Shown piece after piece: positions 35,900-49,594 of a stretch of 64,000 bases of DNA. Source of the DNA: Hypanus sabinus (taxonomy: Eukaryota); the NCBI RefSeq assembly GCF_030144855.1, contig NW_026779196.1, positions 62,001 through 126,000 on the forward strand. Reading direction: 5' to 3'. Numbering within the stretch: the first letter of the stretch is position 1; each line of letters opens with the position of its first letter. A program made the translations under genes and the position numbers. The notes beneath the pieces were generated by a model that had not been told where the DNA came from, did no database searches, and worked only from the letters and a program-made list of their open reading frames with translations.

Positions 35900-36620
35900 A
35901 GTGCCAGACCTGCCGATAACCTCTCTCCTCATCACGAGTCAGGGTTCCAAACTGTCCTTCTATATGAGGCAACTTCTCAACATCGGGACTGTTGTGGTCA
36001 TCTACTGTTTCCAGTTTTCCAGTTGTGGCCTCCTCGACATTAGTGAGACCCGATGTAGTCTCTGCTTTCTGCACTCTGTCCCGATGAGATTCTGCAGATG
36101 TTGGAGATGCAGAGTAACAGACACAAAATGTTGTAGGAAGTTAGGAGGTCCGGTAGCTTCTATAGAGGGGGATAAAGCAAAACAGAGATTTCCTGCCGAG
36201 ACCCTTCATCGGGACTGGAAGTGGGGAGAAGGAGGAATAAGATGGTGCGGGGAGCGGAAAGTGTCCAAGCTGTCCAAGATGATAGGTGAAGCCTGATAAG
36301 AGTGAAGGTGAGTGGGTGGGGGAGGAGGGAGATGAAGTGAGACGCTGTGAGCTGGCAGGTGGAAAATGCAAAGGGTTGAACAAAAAGGAATCTGATAGGA
36401 TAGGAGAGTGGATAATGGGGAGAAAAAGTAAAAGCGGAACGAGAGAGAGACAATCCGCAGTGGGGAAGAGTGGAGACAGGATGGAGGAGACGGGCGTGTG
36501 GGTTGATGAAAAAAAAAGGTAGAGGTAGAAGTTAAAGATATCGATGTTCATGTCATTGAGGAGTAAACTACCCGGATGTAATATGAGGTGTTGCTCCTCC
36601 AACCTGAGAGTGCGCTCATC
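35900..36620. mobile_element. Penelope-like element fragments (GIY-YIG relic on +, terminal repeat on -)
   Basis: VIYCFQFSSCGLLDISETR is a decayed VIYCIxCxxCxLxYIGET motif. A degenerate hammerhead motif lies at about 36188-36218. Confidence 0.75.
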
Positions 36621-36649
36621 GTGTTAGTTAAAGAATGAACTGGAAGGGA

Positions 36650-39600
36650 GAGTGGATTGATAATTTCCCTCTGGGATCCGTATTAAGTCAATCCTCTCTC
36701 AACTTAAACCAGTGCCCTCTGGTAGTTGATTCCACAAAGGTGGGGAAAAGGACTGTGCATATACCCCATTTCTGTACCCTCATGGTTTGGAACGCCTGCA
36801 TAAGGTCACCTCAATCTCCTGCAATTCAAGGTGTGAAATCCCAACCTGTCCAACCTCTCTCCAGAACTCAGTCCCTCGAGTACCGGCACCATTCTCGTAA
36901 ACCTCCCCTGCACTCATTCCAGCATGACGTCCTCTCTCCTGTAGCAGAATGACCAAACAGGAGGAAATTTGCAGCTGCTGGAAATTCAAACAACACACAC
37001 AAAATGCTGGTGGCACTGTCAGAAGCACTGTTAGTGACGAAGGGTCTCGGCCCGAAAAGTCGACAGTGCTTCTCCCTATAAATGCTGCCTGGCCTGCTGT
37101 GTTCCACCAGCATTTTGTGCAGAATGACCAAAACTGAATACAATAATCCAGGCGCGAATACTCTAATCCTAATGAAACCTCACTGGCCTCTTCTTCAGAC
37201 CATGAGCCATGAGATATCGGACAGAGGCTGCTCAGCCAATCGAGTCTGCTCCGCCATTCCTTCGTGTCCAATTGATTATCTCTCAACCCCATTCTCCTGC
37301 CTTCTCCCCATAATCTTTGAACATCCATTTAAAATACACTCAATGACTTGACCGCTACTCCGTTCATGGGAATGAATTCTAAAGATTAAAATTCCTCCTT
37401 ATCTCTGCTGTCAGTGGATGCCCTATACATTGAGGGCTGTCCTCTGGTCCCAGATTCACACAGTACAGGGTGCATCTTCTTCACAGCCACTCTGTCTATG
37501 CCTTTCAATATTTAATAGTCTTCATTGAGATCCCCTCTCTTTCTTCCAGACCAGCGAGTACAGGGTCAAAGCCGTCTAATGCTCCTCATACTTAACCATT
37601 GCATTCCTGGAATCACCCTCGTGAAACTTCTCCGGACCAGCTCCAATACGAGAGTAGCATTTTCTCAGATAACAGGTCGGAAACAACTCACAATACACCG
37701 AGCGATCTGACCAATGCGTTTTAAAGCTAGTGTCACATCCTTGCTATTATATGCTAACATTACTGTTGCCATCCTTAATCAACACAATCTGCAAGCAAAA
37801 CAACAGGGACTCCTGCTCAAGGACTCCCAAGTACCTATGCTCTTCTGATTTTTGAATTTTCTCCCATTTTTTTTCTACGCCCCTATTCCTTCTACAAATT
37901 GTACATGACCGTTCCCTTGCACACACCGTGTTACATCCGCCACTTCGTTGCCTGTTCTCCAAACCTATCGAAGTCTTTCTGCAGACTCCCACTTCTCTCG
38001 AAACTACCTGCCCCGTACGTATCCTTGTATCAACTGCAAAGTTCGTCGCCAAGGTATCAATTCCGTTATCCATATCATTCAGATTTAACATGAAACGATG
38101 CGGTCTCAATACTGACCCCTACAGAACACCATGAGATACCGACAGCAAAGCAGAAATGTCCATATTATTCTGACTCTTTCTCCCTTGTCAGTCAGCCAAT
38201 CTTCGATCCAAACACGTCTCTTTCCTGTAATTCCATGAGCTGTCATCTTGTTAAGCAGCCTCTCATGCAGCAACTTGGAAACATAGAAACATGAAAATCT
38301 TGCAGCACAGTATAGGCCCTTCGTCCCACAAAGCTGTGCCAAACCTTTGAAATACCTAGGCTTACTCATAGCCCTCTATTTTTCTGAGCTCCATATACCT
38401 ATCCAGGAGTCTTTTAAAAGACCCTCTCATTTCGGCCTCCACCACCACCGCCGGCAGACCATTCCACACACTCACCACTCTCTGCGTAAAAATCTTACCC
38501 CTGACATCTCCTCTGTACCTACCTCCAAGCACATTTAAACTGTGCCCTCTCATGTAGTCATTTCAGCCCTGGGGAAAAGCCTCTGACAAACCCCATGATC
38601 GATGCCTCTCATCATCTTGTACACCTCTATCAGGGCATCTCTCATCCACCGTCACTCCAAGGAGAAAGGGCCGAGTTCATTCAACTTCTTCTCATAAGGA
38701 ATTCTCCTCAATCCAGGCAACATCGTTGTAAATCGCCTCAGCAACATTTCTATGGCTTCCACGTCCTTCCTGTAGTGAGGCGACCAGGACTGCGCACTAT
38801 ATTCCAAAATGCGTCTGATCAGGGTCCTATATAGCTGCAACAGTAAGTCACGACTTTTAAACTCAGTCGAATGGTGGATGAAGGCCAATGCACCGCACGA
38901 CTTCTTAACCACGGAGTCAACTTGTGTTGCAGCTTTGAGTGTCCTATGGACTGGAACCCCAAGATCCCTTTGATTCTGCACACTGTCAAGAGTCTTACCA
39001 TTAATGCTATATTCTGCCATCATATTTGCCCCATCAAAATGAACAACCTCACACTTATCTAGGTTGAACTCCATCTGCCAGTTCTCAGCCCAGTTTTGCA
39101 TCCTGTCAATGTCCCACTGTAACCTCTATCATCCTTCCACACGATCCACAGCACCCACAACATTTGTGGCATTAGCAAAATTAATAAACCATCCCTCCAC
39201 TTCCTCATTCAGGTCAATTATAAAAATCAGAAAGAGTAGGGGTCCCAGAACCGATCCCTGAGGCACCCCACTGATCACCGACCTCCATGCAGAATATGAC
39301 CCGACTACAACCACTCTTTGCATTCTGTGGCAAGCCAGTTCTGGATCCACAAAGCAACGTCCTCTTGGATCCCATGCCTCCTTGCTCTCTCAACTAGCCT
39401 TGCATGGGGTACCTTGTTAAAGATCATCTGAAAATCCAAGCAAACAACATCCACTGCCTCTGCTTTATCTATCTTGCCTGTTATTTCCTCAAAATATTCC
39501 AAGAGATTTGTCAGACACTATTTCCTGTAAAGGAATCCTGCTGACTTTATCCTACTTCATCATCCTCCCCAATTACAGTACCCAAAACACTCACCCTTAA

Positions 39601-39650
39601 TACACCCGGACATATTCCTGACCACTGAGCTCAGACTAACTGTCCTATCA
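36650..39650 (-). mobile_element. Stacked/nested CR1 fragments with a small Penelope insert at about 36955-37120
   Basis: WAENWQMEFNLDKCEVVHF, GVPQGSVLGPLLF and VDVVCLDF motifs. Confidence 0.85.
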
Positions 39651-39934
39651 TCTCACTGGACAACATTTTTTTAAAGTGTTGCTTCCACAGAATTGTTTTG
39701 TTTATGATAGACTGCTTGACGATTAGCACAAATATAATTTCAGACTACTTGTATCAGGTAGGAATTTGGAAAAACGACAAATTATCTCTTATTGAATATA
39801 TTATATTTAATTGCATAATGGTGCTGATGCTTTGCAATAGTGCAACTAAGTTAAAAATATTTTGGTAATGGTTTTCATTTGTACTCAGTATCCGAGGCTT
39901 TTCGCTTAAGTGTCCAACAATAATTCGCAGCGTT

Positions 39935-40160
39935 GCTGGATTCAGTGGAAACGGCGTGAATAGATGAAGAGTCGGTCATCTTTGGTCCAAATTCCGTTTG
40001 GACCGTCGGGGTCACCAATGTAGCGATGTACTACATGCAGAGCATTCGGTAAGTCATTTTGAGACTAGTTAATTCAAACTTCGCGGCGCTGGCATTTAAT
40101 CCTTAGCGCCCGCCCTCTCCGGGCGGAAATGACGCCAGAGCTGCATTACTAAAGTCTCTC
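39935..40160 (-). mobile_element. Relic of a related CsRN1-like Gypsy (LTR end, Trp PBS, gag start)
   Basis: The minus strand reads ...gctaca t TGGTGACCCCGACG gtccaaa...tttggacc aaag ATGACCGAC, homologous to 14313-14367. Confidence 0.85.
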
Positions 40161-40639
40161 CAGAATGTTCTCCAGAATGATATCACAAAAAGCACACGAC
40201 AAAACAGACTGCACTAGAAAATCTACATAATGTTTGGTAATCCCCAATTTCAGAGTCCAGAGAGGCGGCTGCGTATTAATATCGCGCTACCTTCTTAGCG
40301 TGTTTCCCGGAAGGGAGAACCAAACCCACCAGACAAAACAAGACGACCCAGACACACCAAGAGACCAACTCTACCACCCAACAAACCAAAAACTAAAGCT
40401 ACAAGACCTACACAAAACCACATAGTTACACATAGTTATATCTAATGTATAGTTACAACAGTGTAGACAACATCAAATTGATTAAAAAAAAACAGACCAT
40501 GGGTACAGTAAAAATAGTCCAAAGATGTTAACAGACTATAAGTTGAAAAGAAACCACCACAGAGTTTCCGCAAGTCCTCAGGGTCCCGATAGACTCGTCA
40601 TCCTACGCAGTCGGCAGAAGGCATTCCCGTGAACGTTCT

Positions 40640-41880
40640 CCGGACCCGCTCCAATACGAGCACATCTGTTTTCGCAGATTGTAAACTGTTCACAATTCAC
40701 CAAGAGCGATCTGACCAATGCGTTTTAAAGCTACAGTGTCACGCCCTTGTTATTATATGCTAGCATTCCAGTTGTCATCCTTCATCGATTCAATCTGCAA
40801 GCAAACCTTTAAGGACTCCTGCTCAAGGACTCCCAAGTATTTATGCACCTCTGATTTTTGAAATTTCTCCCATTTATTTATTTTTTCTCTACGCCCTTAT
40901 TCCTTCCACAATTGTACATGACCGTACATTTGCATACACTGTACAATTCCATACATCTCATCCACGACTTCGTTGTCCGTTCTCCAAACCTATCGAAGAC
41001 CTTTTACAGACTGCAGCTTTGCTCTAAACTATCTGTCTCTTATCAGTATCAACTGCAACGTTCTGTGGATGCTGGGAATCCAAGCAACACATACACAAAA
41101 TGCTGGAGGACCCTAGGAGGCCAGGCAGCATATATGGGAAATGGTAAACAGTCGACGTTTCGGGCCGAGACCCTTCATCAGGACTGGGGGGGAAAACGTG
41201 AGACGTCAGTGGAAGAAGTGCGGGGGTGAAAAGGGTAGAGTAAGTGGTCGGTGATAGGTGAAACTGCGAGAGGGGGAGTAGTGAAGGTGGAAAAAAACTT
41301 CTTAGGATTTTATTTCCTTAACGATCCTCGAAAAATCATTGCTAATGCCTCCACATCTCTTCAGCCACCTCCTTCAGATCTCTGGGGTGTATACCATCTG
41401 GTACAGGTGACCTGTTTACCTTCAGACCGTATCAGTTTCCAAGAACCTTCTCCCGAGTAACGTAACTTTACACATTCTGACCACTGACATCTGGTACTTC
41501 CGTATTCCTGCCCGTGTCTTCGAGAGGAGTGATGTACAAGACTTATTCAGTTCATCTGGCATGACCTTGCACTCCGAGCCCATTACTACCTCTCCATCAT
41601 AATTTTTCAGTGGTTCGACATCCGCTTCTGCCTTTCTTTTACACTATAATTACCTGAAGAAACATTTGGTATCCTCTTTAATATTACCGGCTAGCTCACT
41701 GAAGTGTTCCATCTTTTCCTTCTTAATTATTTTAGTTGCATTCTGTTGGTTTTTAAAATCTTCTCAATCCTTCAACATACTAGTGATTTTTGCTCTATGC
41801 CCTCTCTTTGGTTTTTCTTAATAGCCACGGTTTTGTCAACTTAGCTTTAGAATACTACTTCCTCTTTGTGATGCATAGAG
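40640..41880 (-). mobile_element. CR1 fragments with a Penelope-type insert (about 41055-41290)
   Basis: 40640-41050 resembles 37630-38030. CR1 linker-like sequence lies at 41310-41880. Confidence 0.65.
41149..41186 (-). ncRNA. Minimal type-I hammerhead ribozyme motif (Penelope terminal repeat)
   Basis: CAGUC CUGAUGA A GGG UCUCGG CCC GAA ACGU C GACUG. The core is intact, with a 5-bp stem I, 3-bp stem II and palindromic ACGU stem III. Confidence 0.8.
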
Positions 41881-43036
41881 ATTTGAGGGGCGAGGAACAT
41901 CTCAGACAGAACTGCAGTCAGCTCGACTTCTTCAGACTGCAGGAAATTCAAGCGGAACCTTTCACCCACAGAGTGGTGACTGTTTGGAACTCATTCACAG
42001 GGACAGTGAGAGGTGAACAACAGGGGAGGATTTGAAAGATCTGCTGTGGGACAGAATCACTGGCAAGGTCCAGCCGGCCTGAGTTGACTCTCTGCTGTAC
42101 ACTAGGTGTGTTATAAATTCACTAAGTACCGGAGACAGTGTTTAATATAGAGTTGATTTATTTGTCACAGGTCTAGTCCCATTAAAGGTGACTATGCAGC
42201 AGAAGAAACGCCTCCCATGCCTGGTGAGCAGCAGCAATAATTGCAGAGTTCAGCACCGACACTCACTCTCGAATTTGCATTCAGCAACGCTGATGAATAA
42301 ATATTCATCATGCAGCTGATTGAAACGTTCTCCCAGTGTGAACCGGTAGTGTGTGGTAAGTGTAACACGTAGTAAGGTTTCACTGCTAAAGTAACGGCCT
42401 CTCTGTAATGTTTCGCTGCTGAGGTAATGGTTTCTCGGTAGCAGCAATGTTTAGGGTAAGACTAGAGGAAATAGGGTTTTCGAGTGTGGGACTATGCAAT
42501 GACAGAAATATTCTTTCTTGTGAGCCTGGAAAAGAGATTTTCACGGTTTTTTGCTGGCGAGAGATGAGAAGACGTGAATGGAGAGAGCGGGCCCTTTTTC
42601 CTTTTTTTTCAGTTTCTTTACTAACCCTATAGTCAAAATAAGTATTATAGAGCTCAATCGTTTAATTGCATATTGTGCATCGTTTGTTACTTCGGGGTAC
42701 TGATCTGCAACATGGGACACATCACACAGCATTCACCCAAATGAGAGTTCCTAAGTTTGCTCGGGCTGGGGGGGGGGGGTGGGGGGGCTATCACCCCGTA
42801 TATTAAACTGCCAGCTGAAGCGATCGTTACGTAAGGTTAGATGAATGAGCAAATAGCTTCCCTCATTCACAGCTGATGAACAACCTCTCCACAGTGTGTA
42901 CTGAATGATGCACTTCTGGTTGATTTGGCTGTGAAAATCTCCTGATAAAGTCTGCACAGGTGATTAGTCTCTACCCAGTGTGAACCCGCTTGTGTCTCTG
43001 TAGTTGAAATGACAAAGTGAATCCCTTCCCACACAT
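41880..43036 (-). pseudogene. Orphaned 3' end of ZNF-C (3 decayed fingers plus ancestral 3' UTR with AATAAA at about 42157-42162)
   Basis: [20 protein letters not shown]... continues the finger broken at 49595. 41880-42850 is collinear with 3333-4290. Confidence 0.85.
42361..42831. mobile_element. Solo LTR, paralogous copy of 3841-4256
   Basis: TGTAAC...GTTACG with TSD TAAG (42357-42360, 42832-42835), at the same position in the terminal finger. Confidence 0.85.
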
Positions 43037-43039
43037 TGA

Positions 43040-46000
43040 AGCCAGAATTATTCTTCTCCGTCGAGTCTACGCCGTAGGCTCTACGTAGCCGCGTACCCGA
43101 CGCTGCACCCTCGGCTGTATTGTATACCGTAGCCTAATGCGCACATTCCTAAAAATGCAACTACGCATCACAGCGACGCAGACGACAAGAACTGTGATTG
43201 GTCCACTTAGTAGCAGCCAGTTTCCTTTTCTTTTTCAATCTTTTTATTAAGTTTCAAATTTAATAAGCATAGCAATTATATAACGATACAAAGAGATCGG
43301 GATTACATTAATAACGGTTGACACGTAAAAGCACAGATTTCAAATGACAAATATAGTTTAACCTCCTAATCTCATAGCAACTAACCATGAAAGAGATATT
43401 ATATAAGGTGAAAAAAATCGTAAACTAGAAAAAACACTAAACTTTAAAAAAGACAGAATTGGGCTGTCATATTACATCGGCTGAAATTATTTGGCGTTAA
43501 CTCCGCTTGTCTATACAAGAACAAAAACTTATTACACAAGATTCGGAAAGGGTCAACTTAAATCATATGAAAATATTGAATAAATGGCCTCAAAGTCTCT
43601 TCAGATTCAACCGAAGGATCCACAGTACCACTCCTAATTTTTTCCAAGTTTAGACATGCTATGGTTTGGGAAAACCATTCAAATGTAGTAGGGAGATTGG
43701 AACCTTTCCATTTAAGTAAAGTAGATCTGCTGGCCATTAATGTAACAAATGCAATTAGACGACAAGCTGACGAGGATAAATGACTAGAGTCCATCACCGG
43801 TCGTCCAAAAATTGCAGTAGTAGGATGTGGTTGTAAATGAATACGCAGAACTACTGAGATAATATCTCAAAATATCCTTCCAATATTTTTTTAGAGGAGG
43901 ACAAGACCAGAACATATGTGTCAAGGAAGCTACCTCGGAATTACATCCATCAGAAACAGGATTTAATGGCAGTAAAAATGAGCAAACTTATCCTTGGACA
44001 TATGAGCCCGATGAACCACCTTAAATTGCATGAAGGCATGTCTGACACACACTGAAGAGGTATTTTCTAGTTCAAGAATTTTCTCCCATTTCTGCATAGG
44101 TAAAGGTATCCGAAGTTCTCTTTCCCACTCATTCTTAATTTTATCAGAAGTATCCAAGTGTATTTTCATAATTAAATCATAAATAAATGATAATAAACTC
44201 TTCTGATGTGGATTTGAACTTTTTTCCCCCGTAACTTCAATTCGATGTGATATCGGAACAGAAGGTAAAATAACATTCAAAAAGTTTCTAATCTGTAAAT
44301 ATCAGAAAAAGTGTGATCTAGGCGAATTATATATATTAGAAAGTTGTTCAAAAGAAATAAAACAATCATCCATAAATAAGTCACGAAAACATAATTTTCC
44401 CTTTGTTTGCAATAAAAGAAAAGCTTGATCAATTTAAATGGTTGAAAGAAAAAAAATAGATATAATAGAACTTGACAGTATATATTTATTTGGTCCAAAA
44501 ACGTACCAAAATTGAAACCATATTCCTATTGTATGCTTACTTATTGTAATTACCATTTGCTTATTAAATTTAGTAAGTGCAAAGGGAACCACAGCCCCTA
44601 ACATAGAAGCCAATGAAAACTCCTGTCGAGACTCACGCTCAAGGTTCATCCAACTCTTGTGTCCAAAACATTAAATATCGAACATTAATTGCCCGATAAT
44701 AAAAACTATGATCCGGCAAAACCAAGCCTCCTTCCTTTTTTGATTTCTGTAACTATTTCTAATTTAACCTGGGATTTCTATTCTGCCATCCATATGCAGA
44801 AATTTTAGAATCAATAATATTAAAAAAATGTTACAGATAAAAATTGATACTGCCTGAAATAGGTACTGAAATTTAGGTAAAATAATCATCTTAATAGCAT
44901 TAATGGAACCAATCAAGGATAAGGACAATGGGGACCATTTAGTAAACAATTGTTTAGACTGATCAATTAAGGGTAAACATTAACTTTAAATAAATCGTTC
45001 TGCTTCTTAGTAATTTTAACACCCAAATAAATAAAATAATCAGCAAGCAATCTAAATGGTAACTGTCTGTAAATTGAGACTTGCCTATTTAATGGGGAAA
45101 GCACTTTTATTAAGATTCAGTTTATAAGCAGAAAAACTACTAAACTGTGCAAGATGTGTTATTACTGCAGGAATGGTTTACTCTGGATTAGAAATATCTA
45201 GCGACAGGTTATCTGCATATTGTGATACTTTACGCGTCCCATTCCCATGAGTAACACCAAATATATTGGATGAATCATGAATAGCAATTGCCAAGGGCTC
45301 CAGGCCAATATCTGATAGTAAGGGACAGCCTTGTCTAGTACCTTGGAAAAGCCTAAAGAAAGGGGATCTCTGATTATTAGTGAAACAGACGCCAAAGGTA
45401 TATGTTATATCAATTGCATCCAAGATATAAATTTTGGGCTAAAAGTAAATTTCTCTAGTATTTTAAACAAATATTCCCATTCAAATGTATCAAACGCCGT
45501 CTCGGCATCGACCGAGATAACACATTCTGGTGTCTTAGATAAAGTCATGTATACAATGTTCATTAACCTCCAAACATTAAAATGTGTATAATGATTTTTA
45601 ATAAATCCTGTCTGATGCTCGGAGACAATTTGTGGCAATATCTTCACCAATCTAATTGCTAATATTTGAGAAAGGATTTTAGATACAACATTCACAAAGA
45701 TATTTTTCTGTCTGTTGCACATTCAGTGAGATCATTTATCATTTTTGGGAATTAAATAAATTGATGCTTCATAAAATGTTTGTGGTAACTTATGTACAAA
45801 TAAAGCATCTTTAAAAATTTTACCTAACCAGGGAGAAAGTAAACCGGAAAAAGATTTTAAAAATTCAGCTGTATACTCATCCGGACCAGGTGCTTTACCA
45901 GAATTCATTGAATAAATTGCTTTCTTTATTTCCTCTTCAGTAATGGGTGTGTCTAATACTAAATGTTCATCAACTGATAATTTCAGAATATTTAATTTCC

Positions 46001-49000
46001 TGAAAAATTCATGCATTATGATAGAATCCTCAGGAAATTCTGATTGGTATAAATTGGTATAAAATTCTTGAAAAAATTTGTTAATTTCGTCATGGTCAAC
46101 CGTCAAAGTACCATCCTGTTTAAGAACCCTATTAATCTGAAGTTTCGCTAAAGCAGCTTTTAATTGGTTAGCCAATAATTTACCCAATTTATCAACAAAT
46201 ATATAAAGTAACTGATTTTCAATCAGGGATGTTAATAACAAATGATGTTGCATCTGAAGTTCAACTCTCTCTTTATAAAGCATCAAATGGGGAGCAATAG
46301 AATAATTTCTATCAATTTCTTTAATCTTATCAACCAATGTACGTATTTCATTATTAATTTGAAATTATTTTTTTTTCAATCCAGCAGAGTGTGAAATAAT
46401 TTACCCTCGGATATATGTTTTAAAGGCATCGCGTGATATCCCACTTAAAATTTCTTCCATTGAGTTAGTTGAAAAGAAAAAAGCAATCTGTTCTTTAATG
46501 AAATTAATAAAATTTAAGCCCTGAAGTAAAATAGAGTTGAACCGCCATTGTTTGGTACCAAAGGTTACATCAGTTAACTTAACTGATCATTTCAAAGGTG
46601 CATGATCGGAAATGGCAATGTTATCATATTCACAGGCAGTGACAAATGAAACTAATCGAAAATCAATAAAGGTGTAAAGGAATCTAGAGTAATTATGATA
46701 TACATGAGAAAAAAGAGAACTCTTTTTCATTAGGATGTAAAAACCTCCTAATTTCTAAAATTCCAGAGTCAACTAAGAAGGAATTAATAAAAATAGCAGA
46801 TTTGTTTGTAAGTACCTGATTAGGCACAGACTTATCCATCATACGTTTCAGACATCAATTAAAATCTCCACCCATTATTACCATATATTCATATAAATTG
46901 GGAAGAAATGCAAAAAAGTGCTTAAATTCAGTATAGTCAGTATTTAGTGCATAAATATTAACCAAAACTAATTTATTGTCATAAAGTTAACCGGTGTTTA
47001 ATAGAAGTCTATCATATTGGTCTGAAATTGTATCATAGTGAACAAATGAAATCTAGGAGTCTATAAAAAAAAGAAACACCTTTCACCTTAGTCGATGAGT
47101 TAGAGCGAAACTGTTGGCCTTTCCGAAAACTAAGGAAGCGCTGATTACCCTCCTTAATCAGATGAGTCTCCTGCGCAAAAATAATCTGAACATTCAGTCT
47201 ATGAAAAACTCAAAAAATATTCTTCCATTTAATTGGATGATTCAAACCGTTCGTATTCCATGAAACAAAATTAATAATGACAAAATTAATTAGGAATATC
47301 CATTTTCCTTAAATAAACAATGTAGTATGTAAAGGGTTAACCATATTGCATAGGAAACTCACGAATCAGGAAGATGGAAAATAGTTTAAAGAGGAAACGG
47401 AAGTTACGAAAATACAGACATTTTTGTAGTTTCAGTTCAGCCAAAAAGAAAAAAATACTAGACTAAAAATAGCCCTACCCCACCCCCCCACCCCAAACCA
47501 CAAAGACCAAAAACCTGGCCAATAGACAGCCAAACAACTATCTAAGAACCTCCCTACCCTTGTCTCCCTTGAGGGCAAATCTCTCAAAATAAAAAAAATT
47601 AGAAACAAACCACCCATTGTCAAAACATTACGAGAGGAATGTCAAGCAGATGTTAGAGAAAAAACAGCCAATTGCAGACCATTTTAAAAGGAAAGGTCTT
47701 AAAAATGACACAAAATACAATTTTAATAATATTTCAAGAAAAAGGAAATAATCAGCAAATCAAAGTCTTAATGATTTTCAAAAGCAAACAACTAAAAATA
47801 AAAAAGTAAAACAATGAAGGAAAAATTAAAGGAACTTTAACGTGGAAACATAATAAACGTCCGTACGTCAAAACACAGTGCGACTGTAATCAACCCAAGG
47901 GCAAAGTTCTAAAGTGTCCAAATCTATAAGCTGGTTGTTAATTAATAAACCAGATACACAGACATAAAGGAACCGTAAATTTCACAGACATCCACGCTCA
48001 AATATTGATCTTCAAAACATTAGACATCTGCGTTCAAGCTTAGATCTTCGAGAAATTGTTTTGCTTCATTCACAAATTTAAAGCATTTGAATGATTTGTC
48101 GGGCAGAGCAACCCTTAGGTGAAATGTTTAGAACAAAGCTGGACAAAGATTCCTCTGATATAATTCTGACATCACCATTTTAAAATGCAATCTTTCTTGC
48201 ATAACCTCAGGACAAAAATCTACAACAAAATGAAACTTAAGATGCTGATGCTCAGTAACTCCTTTCTGATGAGCAATCGGAATGAAGAGCTCCTTAGTAT
48301 TCCCATTGTGACATCGTAGAATTACATGACGCGGTTTTAACCCTTTCGACGGTTTTGGTTTCAGCGCCCGATGTGCGCGGTCGAGCGCAGGAAGAGAAGA
48401 AAAACCTCTGAGCCAAAGACCTCCATTCAGAATTGAGAAAAAAATGAGTAAGATCCCAGCTCTCAATGTCCTCACTGTGTCTATTATTCGCAAATTCAGT
48501 CTGTGGCTTCGACTCTCCAAATCAATAATCTTGACTTTATTCTGCTCCAATATATGAGTGGTCAAAGTTCATTTCTTTTCCAAAGAATTCAATTTGTGAT
48601 CTCTGTTTCAAGCTGTTACAAGCGATGAAATTTCTCACTGCTGTTTTTTGTTCTTCTTTTCAAGTGTTGCCAACCTACCTTCACTCTCCTTTAACCATAC
48701 TTCCAAGGTAGTAAACCTTTTAGCAAGTTTTTCATCCAAAAGAATCGAGATAGCCTGTAAAGTAAGTTGAAACTTTTTAGGCTGTTCAAAGACACCTGCT
48801 TTCTTCCCATTTCCATTGCAGTTTCCTTGCCTTCAGCTAATGCCTTTCTTCCTCTGTAAGCCATTTTAGTCGATTAAAATTCAAATTCAAATATATAAAA
48901 GTGTTATAAACACTTTGATAAAGATATTAAAGGGGTGGTAAGTAAATTTAAAATGAATAGAGCAAAGCCGGAAAGCGACTCCATGTAGCGCCTCCAAGAG

Positions 49001-49594
49001 AGTCTTTTGCCTAATGTAGCCTAACGTGCACATTCCCAAAACTGTAACTATGCATCGTGGTGACACAGACAGCAAGAACTGTGATTGATCTACTTGGCAG
49101 CAGCCAGTTTCCTCCTACGCATATCCTGTTGTTTCAAAGTTGGAAAATGGAACAAATTGAGGAGAGGGTAAGTGAGGAAGTCAGAAAATATGTACATTTG
49201 CACGACTCTTCACCGGCACACAATAAAGACTTGAAAATGGCATCAAATTTGTGGAAAGAAATTTCCACAAGAGCGGCTTGGACGTCATGGACTGCACAAA
49301 GAAATGGAAAAATTTCTCTCTTTCTGCGCTGCAGTAATTTCAATAAAAGTAACTCTTGTTCAACATCCATTAGCTCCAACTCCAACAAGATGAACTCAGC
49401 AGTTGCCATCGTTCCCAACTCCACTCAAGTCAATTCAACACAGTGGAATAGCACCCCAACACCAACTAGCGTTTTGGCAGAGCAACGCAGGCACACAAAC
49501 ACACAAGTAGAAATGCTCACAACTGTGTAGACAACATGCATGGGCTACTGCATATGCTACACCATAGTGCCTACTCAGAGGTATAATTCAGGCT
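43040..49594. mobile_element. Internally deleted PIF/Harbinger DNA transposon carrying a nested L1
   Basis: Imperfect TIRs AGCCAGAATTAT../..ATAATTCAGGCT and 3-bp TSD TGA (43037-43039, 49595-49597). A MADF-like start MEQIEERVSEEVRKYVHLHD..KD..NLWKEIS (49147, +) converges on a transposase-like N-terminus (49409, -). Confidence 0.85.
43227..49004 (-). mobile_element. Near full-length degenerate L1 (ORF1 about 48864-48040, ORF2 about 47300-43558)
   Basis: ORF1 DLESRSHRLNLRII/LDRAHR. ORF2 FVSWNTNGL, QETH, GGDFN, SDH, GKAPGPD, GTRQGCP and YAD motifs. There is a T-rich tail at 43227. Confidence 0.93.

Noticed and set aside
49057-49530. Domesticated MADF/HARBI1-like host gene
   Set aside because: A truncated domain within TIRs and TSDs, fused by deletion to antisense transposase sequence.
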